Positions 46,901 to 58,293 of a stretch of DNA of 64,000 bases are shown here, piece by piece. The notes beneath the pieces were generated by a model, which was given only the letters and a program-made list of their open reading frames with translations, did no database searches and was not told where the DNA came from. Position 1 is the first letter of the stretch; each line of letters begins with the position of its first letter. Source of the stretch: Gordius albopunctatus (lineage: Eukaryota); contig OZ193909.1 of assembly GCA_964276515.1 (NCBI GenBank), positions 930,001-994,000 of the forward strand, given 5' to 3'. A program made the position numbers and the translations under genes.

Positions 46901-47056
46901 ATAATTTTGGTTTTCAAGATTTGTTTTAATCTATAAATACTTATATGTATGCATAAACTAATAGGAAAATACAATTCCTATGGGCTTTCGCGTGAAGTAA
47001 ATTAAGCAATATGATATCCATAGGTGACAAAATATTGTAAATTTAAGAGCGTTCAT
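31941..47056 (-). CDS. SLC37/GlpT-like (OPA family) MFS sugar-phosphate transporter; exons 3 and 7 interrupted by transposons (possible recent null allele)
   Basis: MNALKFTIFCHLWISYCLIYFTRKPIGI.., LDSAFLLPYSLCQ, LFLNGSFQSFFWP, FCLKMVRYILYMWLP, FEIGGVLGS, VGLINGLGSLGTFLEGP. Exons: 47056-46973, 46930-46841, 46797-46686 + 41351-41314 (split), 40854-40726, 40468-40409, 40123-40030, 39367-39276 + 33430-33417 (split), 33108-33018, 32914-32820, 32583-32447, 32290-31941. The frame is intact once both insertions are removed. Confidence 0.85.
34424..34927 (+). CDS. ORF1 (gag position): TM helix + CCHC zinc knuckle + N/G/R/D-rich tail, 167 aa
   Basis: First ATG 34424; in-frame TAA upstream at 34373; WLVLVLLIVLIAALW; CFHCGGPHMVRYC. 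Confidence 0.8.
   Translation: MLSFFKTTQRVDLYVDIIRANWLVLVLLIVLIAALWKMWCLSIRVNVVKQAIKCFHCGGPHMVRYCNKKAGRMFKGRIRQSFNNRDNGRDGNYSRPLPDGYRDKFNSANFDDRNYSGNNVSHPSQNAFCNGNMNRDSERGNNFNKGVSTSCGCSLPSAVTASGAGVR
34928..38041 (+). CDS. pol: Pol polyprotein (protease, RT, RNase H, integrase), in frame with ORF1
   Basis: ILDSGA, YLDD, AVDAS/EKEALA/TDHKPL, HAGH..CVAC, VHLD/SDNG/LAER; uninterrupted; first in-frame ATG (35201) lies after the protease active site. Confidence 0.95.
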   Translation, partial: LDVNVPNSSSSIVTFNLTSALPRLLFGTQLPTSKVWVEGALINFILDSGACVSLISLKHFKLFWPSKKISHSLFNARQLDGASVQLVGKACMEVVAGGTRCNLPIFITAANIAPLMGWDWLQVIGPRVRWFGLCDTLEVPTPELKLKRSRKVSPGGSAMICNIEPPSTKQATKSCAMINIGTPAGLTPSGAAGVTPSGECKCLGDLGEWQSNLRNLVTRYAEVFSEGLGCLKGYEYDVLLKRGACPKFCPNRRIPFIWRDEVNAVLRDWVDQGIVSPVDYSEWATPLVPVKKSDGSLRLCVDFRVTLNPWLVEIKYPIPRVEEILANLSNACYFSKLDLRSAYLQIRLNARSARLMTINTPLGLFAFNRLPFGLSISASVFQKTMASVFQGLNGVFFYLDDVLIVGASMQEHDMRLESVLNRVQERGLRLTRKKCMIGVTEVTFLGHVIACGRIRPLGSKVAAIKNIRAPVSKKEVLAFMGSVNYYRKFIPHCSEVAAPLHRLTQSNVRFVWAEKEQLAFDKLKNLLGSDPVLVCFNRDLPIGLAVDASNSGIGGMLFHIVMGVERPILFFSRKLTAAELNYSVIEKEALAVVFALIKCREYLGRDFKVFTDHKPLIPLFAKCNSSLLLSPRLQKWLLFLGNFNVTLEYKKGATNYLPDTLSRLGEDNGTLPEEELEGDKFLVNIVTETFPSVNLKEEVSKDEELSRVTRCLIDGETLEEIPVGYRGVRNELCFENGIILRGERIVIPRVLRPQVLNLLHAGHIGTAKMKVLARRYVWWPKMGKDISMYGRKCVACNKNASMPRHDKKARWPQAHNVWDRVHLDFFDFDSKQYLLLVDATSSWVEFERVSKLSTKSVIVFLEKLMGAFGIPKCVVSDNGTAFTSAEFKAFCDRWGIRHVLTPPYHPSSNGLAERHVAIVKRWLKNEKVEKEGIWMYRLLHNASPRFPCRAPVSKVFLNRIPRIPIDVFVDSELTSRVSDIGRFRVNEAVWARGYGGSEKWLEAVVKSRVGSKAYDVEFTAANNHAMRHEEQLRPRFE
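38091..38837 (+). CDS. ORF3, 248 aa, Arg-rich with a C-x2-C-x3-H-x4-C motif
   Basis: ATG-initiated GC-rich ORF between the pol stop and the PPT; RRRRVARRWCHGCHRRHRGLRC; no signal peptide or TM, so not env-like. Confidence 0.7.
   Translation: MDIIASWCRVRVVVQAIDPLYAPSNLHVSFVVGADGVPHMVNFHEQIYPQARREIRPGGERFVNMGRRGGAARNVAPIVRIPIARIQENLQRGVAAGRQVRRGAEAAPPATNGGRRRRVARRWCHGCHRRHRGLRCNPQIPPEGGNAVGTVVERIIEAMDASEIVAGANVVGTVALQGDSTLVRSSAAASQQSVVAPGEATIICQVETLSLQEEEALLLSPVMVAPPDSAVESNVVRRSANMDQRGEQ
40513..40689. mobile_element. MITE of the TAGTGTTG(T/C)AAAAA family with an internal AGTCGACT palindrome
   Basis: TAGTGTTGCAAAAA...TTTTAAAACACTA termini; related pieces at about 1507, 2865 and 26250. Confidence 0.6.
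41475..43069 (+). repeat. Tandem array of 11 x 145-bp near-identical units inside the MULE
   Basis: Units start at 41475, 41620, 41765 ... 42925; variation seen: C/T at position 6 and one substitution in unit 4. Confidence 0.97.
43298..45557 (+). CDS. MULE transposase with two FLYWCH-like zinc fingers, spliced
   Basis: YFKCRTKKC..H..H and YYGCRKLSC..HNH fingers; DDE core YGDGTFKCCP, QVDFE, GCLFHFGQA, RTNNHLEGFH; introns 44640-44680 and 44901-44934 restore frame; small 5' exons (43532-44010) less certain. Confidence 0.85.
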
Positions 47057-47236
47057 CAAAAATAATGTTTATATTTGAATTATTTTTTACTAATTTTATG
47101 GGATCAGCTGTGTAAAAGCAAGACATGTGTGACTATATTTTGTGAAAATCAAATTAAACAATGGGTCCAAAATACAGCTAATCACCTTTGCATGCTAAAT
47201 TCAAAATCCCTTATTATATCTCTAAAATAAAATATT

Positions 47237-49300
47237 CAGTCGAAATTGTATAAGTGAGAATCGGATAAATGGTAATATTTATAAATGATAAATAACCGCG
47301 ATATTTTGAACATATCGTTTAAATTTTGCGCAAAATATATTTAAAAGTGAGAATTGTATAAGTGCTAAAAATCGCATTACTAGGAAAATTTTAAAGGTAT
47401 TTTATTATTTTTATACTTGATAGTATGTGGTTAAGTGAGAATGAAAAAAAATTTAACTTACTATGAAAAGTTGAAAATTATAGAAGAAGCCAAACTTAAC
47501 AGTAAATCAACTTTAGCCAAAAATTACAATGTGGGATTAGGAACAATATACCGTATATGCAAAAATGCTACCGATTTGAAAACAACTGCTTCTAATAACA
47601 TATCTCTCAATAAAAAAAGACAAAGAAAAAGTAATATTGTTTGTATAAATAAAAATTATTAAATTTAGCACAATACATAAAGACAGAACAAACCCTTCTA
47701 AAATGTTTCTCAGAAATTAGTTCAAAACAATGTGCAATTAATGGTCCTTTGCTTCTTACAAAGGCAAAATCTTTTTCAAATCATTTTAATGAAGGTAAAT
47801 TTTTTAAATTAATATTTTTATCATTAATGATCCATTTTTATTATAATTTTTAATTAGCCTTTTTAAACAAATTTATATTTTTTAAATAATAATCTTAGGC
47901 ATTCCAGATTCTAGTTGGATACAGAGATTCCGTACCAGGAACAATATCAATTGCTACTCTACAAATAATGAAATGGGTAATGCTGATTTTGTTACAGCTT
48001 CATATTGGAGAGAAAAATTATTACCACAGTTTAAGTAGCTCAGACTCTTTAGTTAGCACCTCATCTTCTCCATCCTATGATGATTCACTTAACTATGATG
48101 ATGATTGTTGTAGAGAGGTAAAGTGCCTCCAGGGATACGATAGTTACCTGCGTGTTGATGTTATTTACACGCGCGTTGGCGATCAAATTTGATGTTATTT
48201 ACACGCGCGTTGGCGATCAAATTGTCGTTAATTGGTTGTAACATAAAGGCTTTGGATATATACGCCAGCACATTTTTTATGATTTGGTCGTCGTGTTTTT
48301 GTATCACACTCCTAATAGTTTACGAGAATAAATATCAGCCCATAACAATTGTATTAGCTGTTTTGGTGATTATACTGATGCTGATATTATAAAGGAAATA
48401 GGTAATTTTACATTTTAATTTATATTTTTTTAGAAAATTTGGAAAGACAAGATGATTGTACCTATGATGATATAAATGAAGTTGAATTAGTTGAAGATAT
48501 ACCTACCAAAGAAGATGCACAAATGGCATTCTTTACTTTAGCCAAATATGCACATCATGTATTGAAAGATCAAAAAAAAATTAGAGAGTTTGAATTCTTT
48601 ATTGAAATAAAACTCTTTAAATGTGAAAGTCATCAACAACTTATAACACAATATTTTACCAAATAATTTGTATATTTAAATACACTTATCACAGTAATTT
48701 TTGTCCATTGTTTAGTTTTATTTCAAATGTGAAGAAACCTAGAAAAATGTTTTTCTTGCTAATTTTAGTAATAATAAAAGATATGCAAATATAAGACAAG
48801 TACAAAACAAAGATTTATTTATAATATTTTCATGATATAAATTCATTTAAGATTTCATAAGTTTATTATAAAATTTAACAAACATACTATTAAAATAGTA
48901 AATTTTAGAATATATACCCTCTGATTGGATATTACTATAGAATGTATAAATAAGACAAATATAAATCAAATATTTATCTAGATTATTTCATATATTAGAA
49001 AATTTATAAATGTTAAATGTATGCAACAAATGTCAGCTGATTCTGTTTAGCATAAAAAGTGCATAAAGTTAAGTATGCTTAAAATTTTAACTTTATCTAA
49101 ATAATTTATATATATATATATATTATATGTTACGGATATTAATTTTTGGAATCTATAGCTTTATAAATATAGCATGAGTGCAAAACTCTTCATAAATTAA
49201 ATAAATAATTAAATTAATCGTATAAGTGCTAAAAATCGCTTAAATGAGAATTTTTTTTTAAATTAAGGCCCAGCAATTCTCACTTAAGCGATTTTGACTG
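47237..49300 (+). mobile_element. Tigger/pogo-like element, internally deleted
   Basis: TIR CAGTCGAAATTGTATAAGTGAGAAT / ATTCTCACTTAAGCGATTTTGACTG followed by TA; CENP-B-type HTH (LTYYEKLKII..LAKNYNVGLGTIYRICKN) and C-terminal QQLITQYF; no DDD core seen. Confidence 0.85.
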
Positions 49301-49539
49301 TACTATATATATCTCAAATATTTATAATCAATGAGCTTAGTGGATTTAAACACTCAACTATTTTGAATATATTATTTGGTAACAATTATATGAGTTAGCT
49401 TAAAATATATTTTGTTCTGATATAATATGAAGGCAATAAATTGCATGATTTCCATAAAATTTGTATTTTTTAATTGTTGAATTTGAATTTTTTTCCTCCT
49501 CTTTATGAGGTATTAGGTCTTACATTGGTGGGGTTGGAT

Positions 49540-51770
49540 TTCAATGTTTTTTCCATCTTAGGCAGAGGCGCCATGTTCTAATTTATCTTGTTAGATTCAT
49601 AGCTTTGTCTAGTTGCCGTTTAAACCTCTCTTTCGTCCGCACCTCCATGTCGAATAAATATCGGTTTACATCATTTGCCTACCATCTTACTGTATAATTC
49701 CCTAGCCAAATTTTGTAAGAAAGTCCGCCATAGGTTTAATACCCATTTTCGCCCTGAGGCTGTCATTTGTTATATGCCCGAGTGTATAATACGCTATTCT
49801 CCATGTCATTCTTATCTCCGAGGCTCTTAAAAACTTTTCTTCCGTGACATTTAACCGTCATGTTTCACTTCCATAGAGTAACAATAATACTATAATCGAT
49901 TTGTAAAATTTTTTCTTCAAATATATTGACATATTCTTGTCTCCTTTGCACCAAATTTGCTATTTAGGCCATCCTTTTTGGATTGATTGACTTCTTTTGC
50001 GCAACCTCCGTCTTGATGTAAAATTACGACATCGTATGTAAACCTGTCAACTTTTAGGTACTTTAGACGTTCATCTCCAATACCACTCTTCGATTGTTGA
50101 GATTTAAACTATATCCAATTCAACGCTTTGAACACTTTTCGGCTTCTTAGAATACTATCTACTTTGACTCTTCGCATAGAAATGACTATTATCCTGTCCA
50201 TAATTATTTTGAATAAATAGGGACAAAGAGCAGATCCTTGATTTAATTCAAAAACCTTTATAGTCCTTCAACTGTTGTTATAAGGCACGAATTTGAGGCT
50301 TAATAAATATTTTTCATAAGCTGCATACAGGGATATTTCGTTTTATCTAGTACAACCATATTTAATCTAGAGGGACCGTGTCATAAGCTTTTTCCGAGTC
50401 AATTAAGTCCATATGTAGGTCTCTTCTCTTTTCACCATCATTTGTCTTAGTGCGAAAATTGGGTCGATTGTAAATTTGCCGCCCACATATTCGAATTGGT
50501 TAGCTAATATTTTCACCTCCTTTTATCAGCCTTGTTACTAAGATCCTTTCCATATTCAAGGAGTGGCAAGCTAACTTTACAACTCTGTAATTGCCAGAGT
50601 CATGAGGGTTTAGGCCCCCATCCTTTTTTAATTTTGTGGCACCCTGGAGGCTGTAGTGCAACGAATTCATTTAACTCGAAAGAGATTAATTGAGAGGTTG
50701 AATAGGTTGATTCCTTATCTCGATCATTTCATTGCCAGTGTTATTAAGTGATGTGAGAAATAGTGCCCAATCTATCCAAGTTGCATTGTTATAAGTAAAA
50801 CATCCTTTATATCGATACTACAGAAGTGGGGAGGAATAAAAAGCACGGCTCCTTCGAAATGCGGGGTTATCTTTTTATAGTAAAAAGGGTTGATAGTTTA
50901 TTTTATTATATCGAAATCATAAAAATAGTCAGGAATATATAAATCGCACATTTATATATTAGTAAGTGTTGTAAGTAACAATAAATATTAATATTCAAGT
51001 TTTATTCTCTTCGCGTATTATTTCTCCTTTAACCTTGTGCTTATCCCTACCAAATCTCTTTCGAGGTAAGCGAAGTCGTTTCACTACAAGGCTTTCCGAT
51101 AGTATTATCGTTCCTCGTCATATTCTTTAGTCTTTCGTATCGAATTCGAGGTTCCTAAACCTTTCTTTTTTCAAAGATGCTTAGCGTCTCTAATTTATTT
51201 TCCAGGTATTACTTTGCCATCTTTGATACACCTTAAATCCTTTCGCGGTTTGAGCGAATGGTCCTTTTGAGTAAAATACTTCTCACTTCTATAAGTCACA
51301 ATTCGCGTTATTGAAAATACGAGTTAACGATCGCCATGTCACATGCTAAAGATACTTGGAAACGGTTCCCCTTCCTTATTCTTCAGGCCACGTCCATAAC
51401 CTCCATGATTTCATTCACAACCAAAGGGATCTTTCCCTACGTAAGCGTTGAAGTTCGCCCCAATAATTGGCTCTTCTTCCTGTCCTATTCCATATTTTTG
51501 TATTCGAATGAATCGAAGAATATGTCTCTCTATGATCATGCACCCAATTAAGGAGCCTAAGCGCACAACGCTTACTTCTACAACCTTGTCCTTGCTGATT
51601 CGCTTAGAAACAATACCGACCCCGTTTCTACCATTTGGTGACTCAATGTAGAATAAGTTGTATCTCTATCCTAACCCCGAGCTTTGATTTTGTTTTATTT
51701 AAAATTCTCATGATTTTGGAGACGTTTTTACAGCCAATTTGAACTGACGCCAACCGTTCACTTTGTGCAC
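49540..51770 (-). mobile_element. Decayed RTE-clade LINE
   Basis: Minus-strand APE motif PIIGANFNAY and RT motifs LIDSEKAYDTVP and QGSALCP; many stops and frameshifts; ends approximate. Confidence 0.8.
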
Positions 51771-53079
51771 ACAAACTTGGCACGTTCATAAATGCAAAAA
51801 AAAAAAAGTTATATATAATTTTCCCATCATTTTTATGTTTGTAGAATTCCTTTTCCCCTTCGCTGGTGGCGTTAATCGCTTTAATTGCTTTTCGATTGAT
51901 TAGTGACAGATGGGCTTAGAGGCCCACCATCTGCGGGTACTATAAGAGGATTTGTTCATAATATAAAACTAAATAAAAGTAAATAAATATAACTCTCCAT
52001 TTTCTTCTGAAAAATTATATTATATTCGAATATTATATGCCACGCGAACATTATAACCCAGTTATAATAGAATCAAATCTTTATATATCTCATTCGCGAA
52101 TAATATATAGAGAGATTACACAGAGTAATGTGTTTCTGATTTTTTTAAAACTTCCAAAATTTTAGGCGAATGAGGATTAAGTTGTGAAAAAGAGCTTTTA
52201 TACGTTTTTTGAAGGCAAATTTCTTCCCCATTTTATTTTCATGTATAACCGTTTAATCTTATATTATTCTACAGGCCTTTAAAATTTTTTTTTACTTTAC
52301 TTTTAGATTTATCCCTAATATTATCTACCCTGTCCTAAGTCCGTAGGCAAAATGTGGAGTGTTGCAGGAAAGCCCACTCCCAAATCATGATAGTCTCAAA
52401 ATTTTACAATCAGCCGAACCTCTTCCCCTTATTAAACTTCCACTATGTATAGACTAGGGGTGTTAAATTGCTAAATAGCTTCAACTCCAAACGCGAGCAC
52501 ACACACTGAGCTGTTTAATATGCTCGTTAGCACAATGAGTACTACCTGTTCGGTGCATTAGGCAGAACAGTAGCAATTAAAAATGTCTGAGAGGGGAGTC
52601 GCAGCTGCAAAATATGTTCAAGCATTAAGCAGATTGCCCGTGTAGCAGATATAATTGCTATTTGCTATTATTGAGTAACTTTAAATATTTTCTCAAATAT
52701 CAGCAAAGCAAAGCACATATTGAGCATTGCTCACGCGAGAAATTTAACAACCCTAGTCTGGACAAACAGAGTAAATGGTACCTATGCGATTTTTTCTATC
52801 TATTTCTTCCCTCTCTCTCTCTCTCCAGTTCTTACATTCATGGGGACGGGGGGAACTTAGAATAATACAGTTCACCCTCACAAATGCAACATTTGTGGAC
52901 CTGTGCTATAAATGACAATGTCTACCTCTGATTTATGTTATTAATCTTGCCTCTACTTTAATAATAAAGACATAGGGTATGTCTTTCAATATTACTATAA
53001 GCGATTACATTGTTATTACTACAAATTACTGTAACGTTTTATAATTTCATATACAATATTCCAGTACCTCAGTGGTACC

Positions 53080-53699
53080 TAGAACCCTGCAAAATGAAAT
53101 TTCTTCTGCCCGAACCCGGTCCGAGCCTGAATTCTCCATTTTTATTTTGTCCGAGCCCGGCCCGAGCCCAAAAGAATTTCTTCTTTTTGGCCCGACCCAA
53201 TCCCGAGCCCGATTCGATTTTTTAAATAAAACTTTTTAAAATTTTATTTTTGAAAATTATTTCACTATCTAAATATAAAATGCATTAGATTATTATTACT
53301 CGTAATTTACAACTAGGATAAGTTTAAAACAAAAAATCCATTTTCACTCCTTACAAATTATTTAGCTAATGAATTAAAACTAAAAATATAACTTTACGAA
53401 AATACTTTATTTAACACTTCTTGAAATATTTACTTATATCATTTCTAAAGTTCTAACAGCTACTATGAATATTTTAAATACTAGAATAAAATTTACAATT
53501 CAGGTCAGTTATATTTTAATAGATAAGGGAAAAAGCTGAAGTTTGGGTGCGAAGATAATTATTTGATATCGAGTTGAGTGTTTTTGAATCATCTTTTATA
53601 AAAGATTAGTTTGCTTTACTTCAATTCGGCCGGGCTAATTTTATGAAATTCTGGCCGGTCGGACGGGGTCGCGGTTCCGGAGGCCGGTGCAAGGCTCTA
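53080..53699. mobile_element. Non-autonomous hAT-type element with CCCGA repeats
   Basis: TAGAACCCTGCA...TGCAAGGCTCTA termini; TSD GTGGTACC/GCGGTACC. Confidence 0.7.
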
Positions 53700-54099
53700 G
53701 CGGTACCTCGTTCAGACAAATTTTGAATAAATGCTTAGCTTATCATGGTTTCACCTATATATTAACTTTGAGAATCCATTTTCAAATAATTTTAGGGTCA
53801 CTAAACCATTGCTAACAAGAGCACTTGATGTCAGGGATTTGGCAGCAGCGTTGCTGAAATGACTTAGAGACGTGGTGATAGCTATAGCAATTTTAGACAT
53901 TACTGCAAATATTTAAAGACCTTTACAAATAGTACCACCAACGGCTTGTCGTCAATTACATCACAAAACATCGACCCTTATAAATTTTCTAAGCTGTATC
54001 AGGGTGTGCTTCGCACTCTAACATACTAACTGAGTCCTATTACATTTCTAGTTGATTGAGGGTATTCCGGCCCCTTCTATAAGCATCGACGGCAACTGC

Positions 54100-54302
54100 T
54101 AGAGTTGTTAAATTGCTAACTTTCTTCAACTCCAGCTACCATCTGCTCGAGTTTCTGCTCGGTTTTCGAGCATTTTTATATGCTAATGTTCTACCTAGTG
54201 CACCGAACAGAGAGCACATATTGTGCTAACGCGCATTTTAAGCAACTCAGTGTGCGTGCTCGCGTCTGGAGTTTGAAGAAAGTTAGCAATTTAACAACTC
54301 TA
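54100..54302. mobile_element. hAT-type MITE, TAGAGTTGTTAAATTGCT family
   Basis: Perfect 8-bp TSD GCAACTGC; long TIR. Confidence 0.9.
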
Positions 54303-55423
54303 GCAACTGCTAATGCTGATAAGGGGTTGAATATTCTCTAACATGAAAATTTTTACATTTTGTTTTATTTACAAAATTGAAATTTGTTTCCATTTTAATA
54401 GAAATGCATCTATTTAACTATTTGGGCATAAGTTGTTCATGCTTTTAAATTCGCCGATTTATGAAAACCGCGACATTCTATAAGTTTAGCGATTCCACAG
54501 CCCCAAATAAGCATTTACTCAACCGTGAGTAGAATTTTGTTTTGGCCACCCTAATAATAACTCTTATTAACCATTAAAATAGGGTAACAATATTTTTTAA
54601 AACTGGAGCCTGAAAGCTCAATCATCCGAATTGTGTTACGGGCGAGTTATAAAGAGAATTTGTTTGACAAGCTCCTCAAATGAGCCAAGGTAAGGTCAAT
54701 TATATAATTTAAATTTCTTAAACAAATTAAAATCTCTGATGGACGTAGCCAGCACTGGGATTAGAGGGGGCAATAGTGATTGAGTAAGGGGCAAAAGGAT
54801 CTTTTTTTGAAATTTTAGCCATATTTTTACTAAATTTCAACAATTTTTTGGATTTAAAGGGGGGTAGCCGCCCCCTGGCTAGGAATTAAATTTCCACTAG
54901 TTTTAGCTCTATATTTAGGACTTAAGGGTAGAGAACTTCAAAGTCATTTTTTTGAACCAGAACCCGACCCGATCCGAAATATTTTTAAAATTTTAAACCC
55001 GGACCCGACCCGAAAGCATTTTAAAATTTTCAACCCGAACTCGACCCAACCCGAAAGCATTTTAAAATTTTCAACCCGAACCCGGCCCGACCCGAAAGTG
55101 TTAAAAAATTTTACCCGAATCCCTTCCGAACGTGTTTCAAATTTTGGTATATAACGCGACAGTAATAAAAATTGCGGTGTGCATGGGCGTAGACAGGGGA
55201 TCGCAGGGAGGGGTGGATGCCCCCCTCTAAATTTAAAAAAATCTTAGATACATTATCAAATTATGTCGAAAATTAAAAAATGGTAACATATAAAACAAAA
55301 TATCTCAAAAACTACTGGACCGATTTGGCTCGAACGAATCTTAAAACATGCTCCGGAGTGTGGGGAATAAACTATTAAATTTTGAGCCAACTCGGTCTGG
55401 TAGTTCTCCAAAATCCGTGGCGG

Positions 55424-55547
55424 CATACATACATACATACATACATACATACATACATACATACATACATACATACATACATACATACATACATACATAC
55501 ATACATACATACATACATACATACATACCTACATACATACATACATA
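55424..55547. repeat. (TACA)n microsatellite, ~31 units
   Basis: Read directly; one TACC variant unit. Confidence 0.98.
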
Positions 55548-56136
55548 CAGCGTTTACCTCAACTTTTGCACTTCGTATGGATCTCCTGCACACTAGTAGG
55601 AGAGAAAACATTTTACATATACAATAGTACATTAATCGTTAGATTACTTCAGAAGATTTTCGAAACTATTTTTCCCATGTAAAAACATATATTGACCCGT
55701 GTTTGAATAATGAAAATATTGATTATTAAATTTTACATGATTTTCTTTTGTTTTATATATGCATATTTTATTGTATTTTACATTTTTTTTTCGACAATAA
55801 ATGTATACATGACAAAATTTCATTTTCAGGTTGAATAAACTTTAAATTAAAAAAATAATCATTAAAAAATTTAATTTTAATTAATTTAAACTATACTAGA
55901 TAAAATTCGGAAAAAAAATCACTAATTTATACAAAAAACGACCATTTTATAAAAAAGTGCGAAATATGGTGTATGAGTTGCAAAATAACATGTAAGGTTG
56001 GGGAAGGAGTGTGTTACATGCGAAGGGGAGAGAAGGAATGAGCGATTCATGTTAGACGCTATGATTGATTACCCCTTTTCTCTCCTACTAGTGTGCAGGA
56101 GATCCATACGAAGTGCAAAAGTTGAGGTAAACGCTG
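55548..56136. mobile_element. Tc1/mariner-type MITE with perfect 61-bp TIRs
   Basis: 55548-55608 is the exact reverse complement of 56076-56136; TA on both sides. Confidence 0.9.
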
Positions 56137-58293
56137 TAAATAGTTTCATTTATATATATAAGATTAACATCATTTCACGTAAGTTTTTTTCCCTCCCCAC
56201 TCTATCATATAAAATCAATAAATTCGTTTTCCTTACCCATGTGATGTAATCGATTGAGGGGTGGAGACTTGTTTAACAAATATTGATAAAATTTACTACA
56301 TATTTATCATTATTACTCTTATTTTTATATCCCAAGGTTAAACTACATTTTATTACCCTAGCCCTCTTATCCGCCCACCGCTGACTTGGCATTATTAGGG
56401 GGCGGGAGTGGAGGAGATGGAGAAAGGGAGAGAGAGTTGTCCGTGCCCTGGCTACTGACCAATGGAAAAATGACCATTAGCCAAAATTTGATTCGAAATT
56501 TTAAATTGGTTAACATTGATATTTACCCTATGCCCGTCAGTCGAATTATTTTGCACTTATAACCCCCCTTAAGGCATTCTCGCCCCTTCCCATCTTTCTC
56601 GCCCATAAATTGCATAGCAAATATGCTACGTCTATACGGAGTATAGATGAGTTCGTTCCCCATTCCCTCCCCCCTTCCCACGAGGGCCGAAGGCCCGGAC
56701 TTTAAATCCAATCCGACCCGACTCAAAAGCATATTAAAATTTTCAACCCGACCCGACCCGAAAGCCTTTCAAAATTTTCGACACCTCGGGTCACCCGTGC
56801 AGTTCTCTATTTAAGAGCTAATAAAGTCAATCCATACACTTTAAGATTAAGGAACCTCAATAAGGCCATAACTATCATAAAAATAAAAATTACTTGGTAG
56901 GCGTAGCCAGGGGGTGGCAGGAAAAGCGACTGCCCCCTCTAAATCCAAAATTTTTTTCAAAATTTTATAGAAATATGACAAAAATTACTAAAATTATCAT
57001 TTTGTCCCTCCCTCAATCATTATTGCCCCTCCCCCCTCTAATTTCAATTCTAACTACGCCCATGAATAAATCTGAGGCAAAATAAATGAGAATTTAGATA
57101 GCTAGGAATATTATAAAAACACAAAATACAATTCTTACTCTTGATAACATTTTCTTAATAAAATTTATGATGCTTAGGCAAAAAATATTTCATCAATCTA
57201 ATTTACTAGCTACCGCTCCTCCCCATATCCTATAATAATTTATGGACAAACACTTTTCAGAATGCTTTGGAGAAACAGACAGGCGCTAGCATTATATCAA
57301 AAATGCATCTTTATTTTTTTTAATATTTTGTCGCAAAGATAAATGTCAGGAACAATTGCATAATTAGTGTTGCTTTAGAGATAGATAAGATATAAAGACA
57401 GACGTAAATTTTAGAATCTATTTCTTGTATTCTAAATTAAATTCTAAAACTTCCTCGCGTAAGTTGTCTAAATATGATTAATTTTTTATAAGCTTTATAT
57501 GATATAATTTGTTGCATATGATTCAATTTTTATAATTGAGCAAGATTCTTTACTACTCAGTCTCTGATTTGCGTTAGCTTGGGTTGGGGTTAAAAAGTGA
57601 GATTAAAACTAAGGTCAGATGCTAAGGTTTAAGTTCCTAGCCTTCAATACTGTTTCCATTTCATTACATTAATTGTGCCACTTTTTATAAAACATGTTTT
57701 CTATCCATTAAAAAATAGCTTTGAAATTACTAATTTATTAAAAATATATGTGGGAAGGTAAAACAATTTTGGTATAAAACGATGAAAGAATAGCCTTTGA
57801 GTACACATAATGTCTCGGCCAGGAATACATTAAACAAAGTATTTGACTGATAATCGATTTAACATATATCTTACTTTGAGTTTATTACCTTAGGTCCCAT
57901 TTAAACAGTCTAAAAATAGTATAAAACTATCAATAATGGTACGATCTAAAAAATCTATATATAAGCATAAGCACCTCGTCGATCATCTGGGACCCCCGAG
58001 GCCCTTTGAACGATGCTCTACTTGATAGAATTGTAAACCAAACCAAATCAAATTTATAATTTTTTTTAAATTAATCTTTTAAAATATAATCAATTAATAA
58101 GCAACTATGACCTCCTTACCACCCAGTCACTATATTTATTCTGACCAATATTGTAAAGTCGTTATCTGACCATTAAATAAAATTTTCAACCCGAACCCAA
58201 CCCATCTCAAATTTTTTAATCTCAAACCTGACCAGCGCAAGACCCCTACTGCACCCTATATATATATACAAACTTTTATTTTTGATGCAGGGC

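Larger units (their letters stand above)
54929..56809. mobile_element. hAT-type non-autonomous element carrying nested insertions
   Basis: TAGAGAACT...AGTTCTCTA termini; CCCGACCCGAA repeats at both ends; inverted relative of 8148-8853. Confidence 0.65.

Noticed and set aside
53700..53900. Possible small minus-strand gene starting MSKIAIAITTS
   Set aside because: Could not be extended through consistent open exons.
55256..55632. ORFs with MYVC/YIHT repeats
   Set aside because: Translations of the (TACA)n microsatellite.
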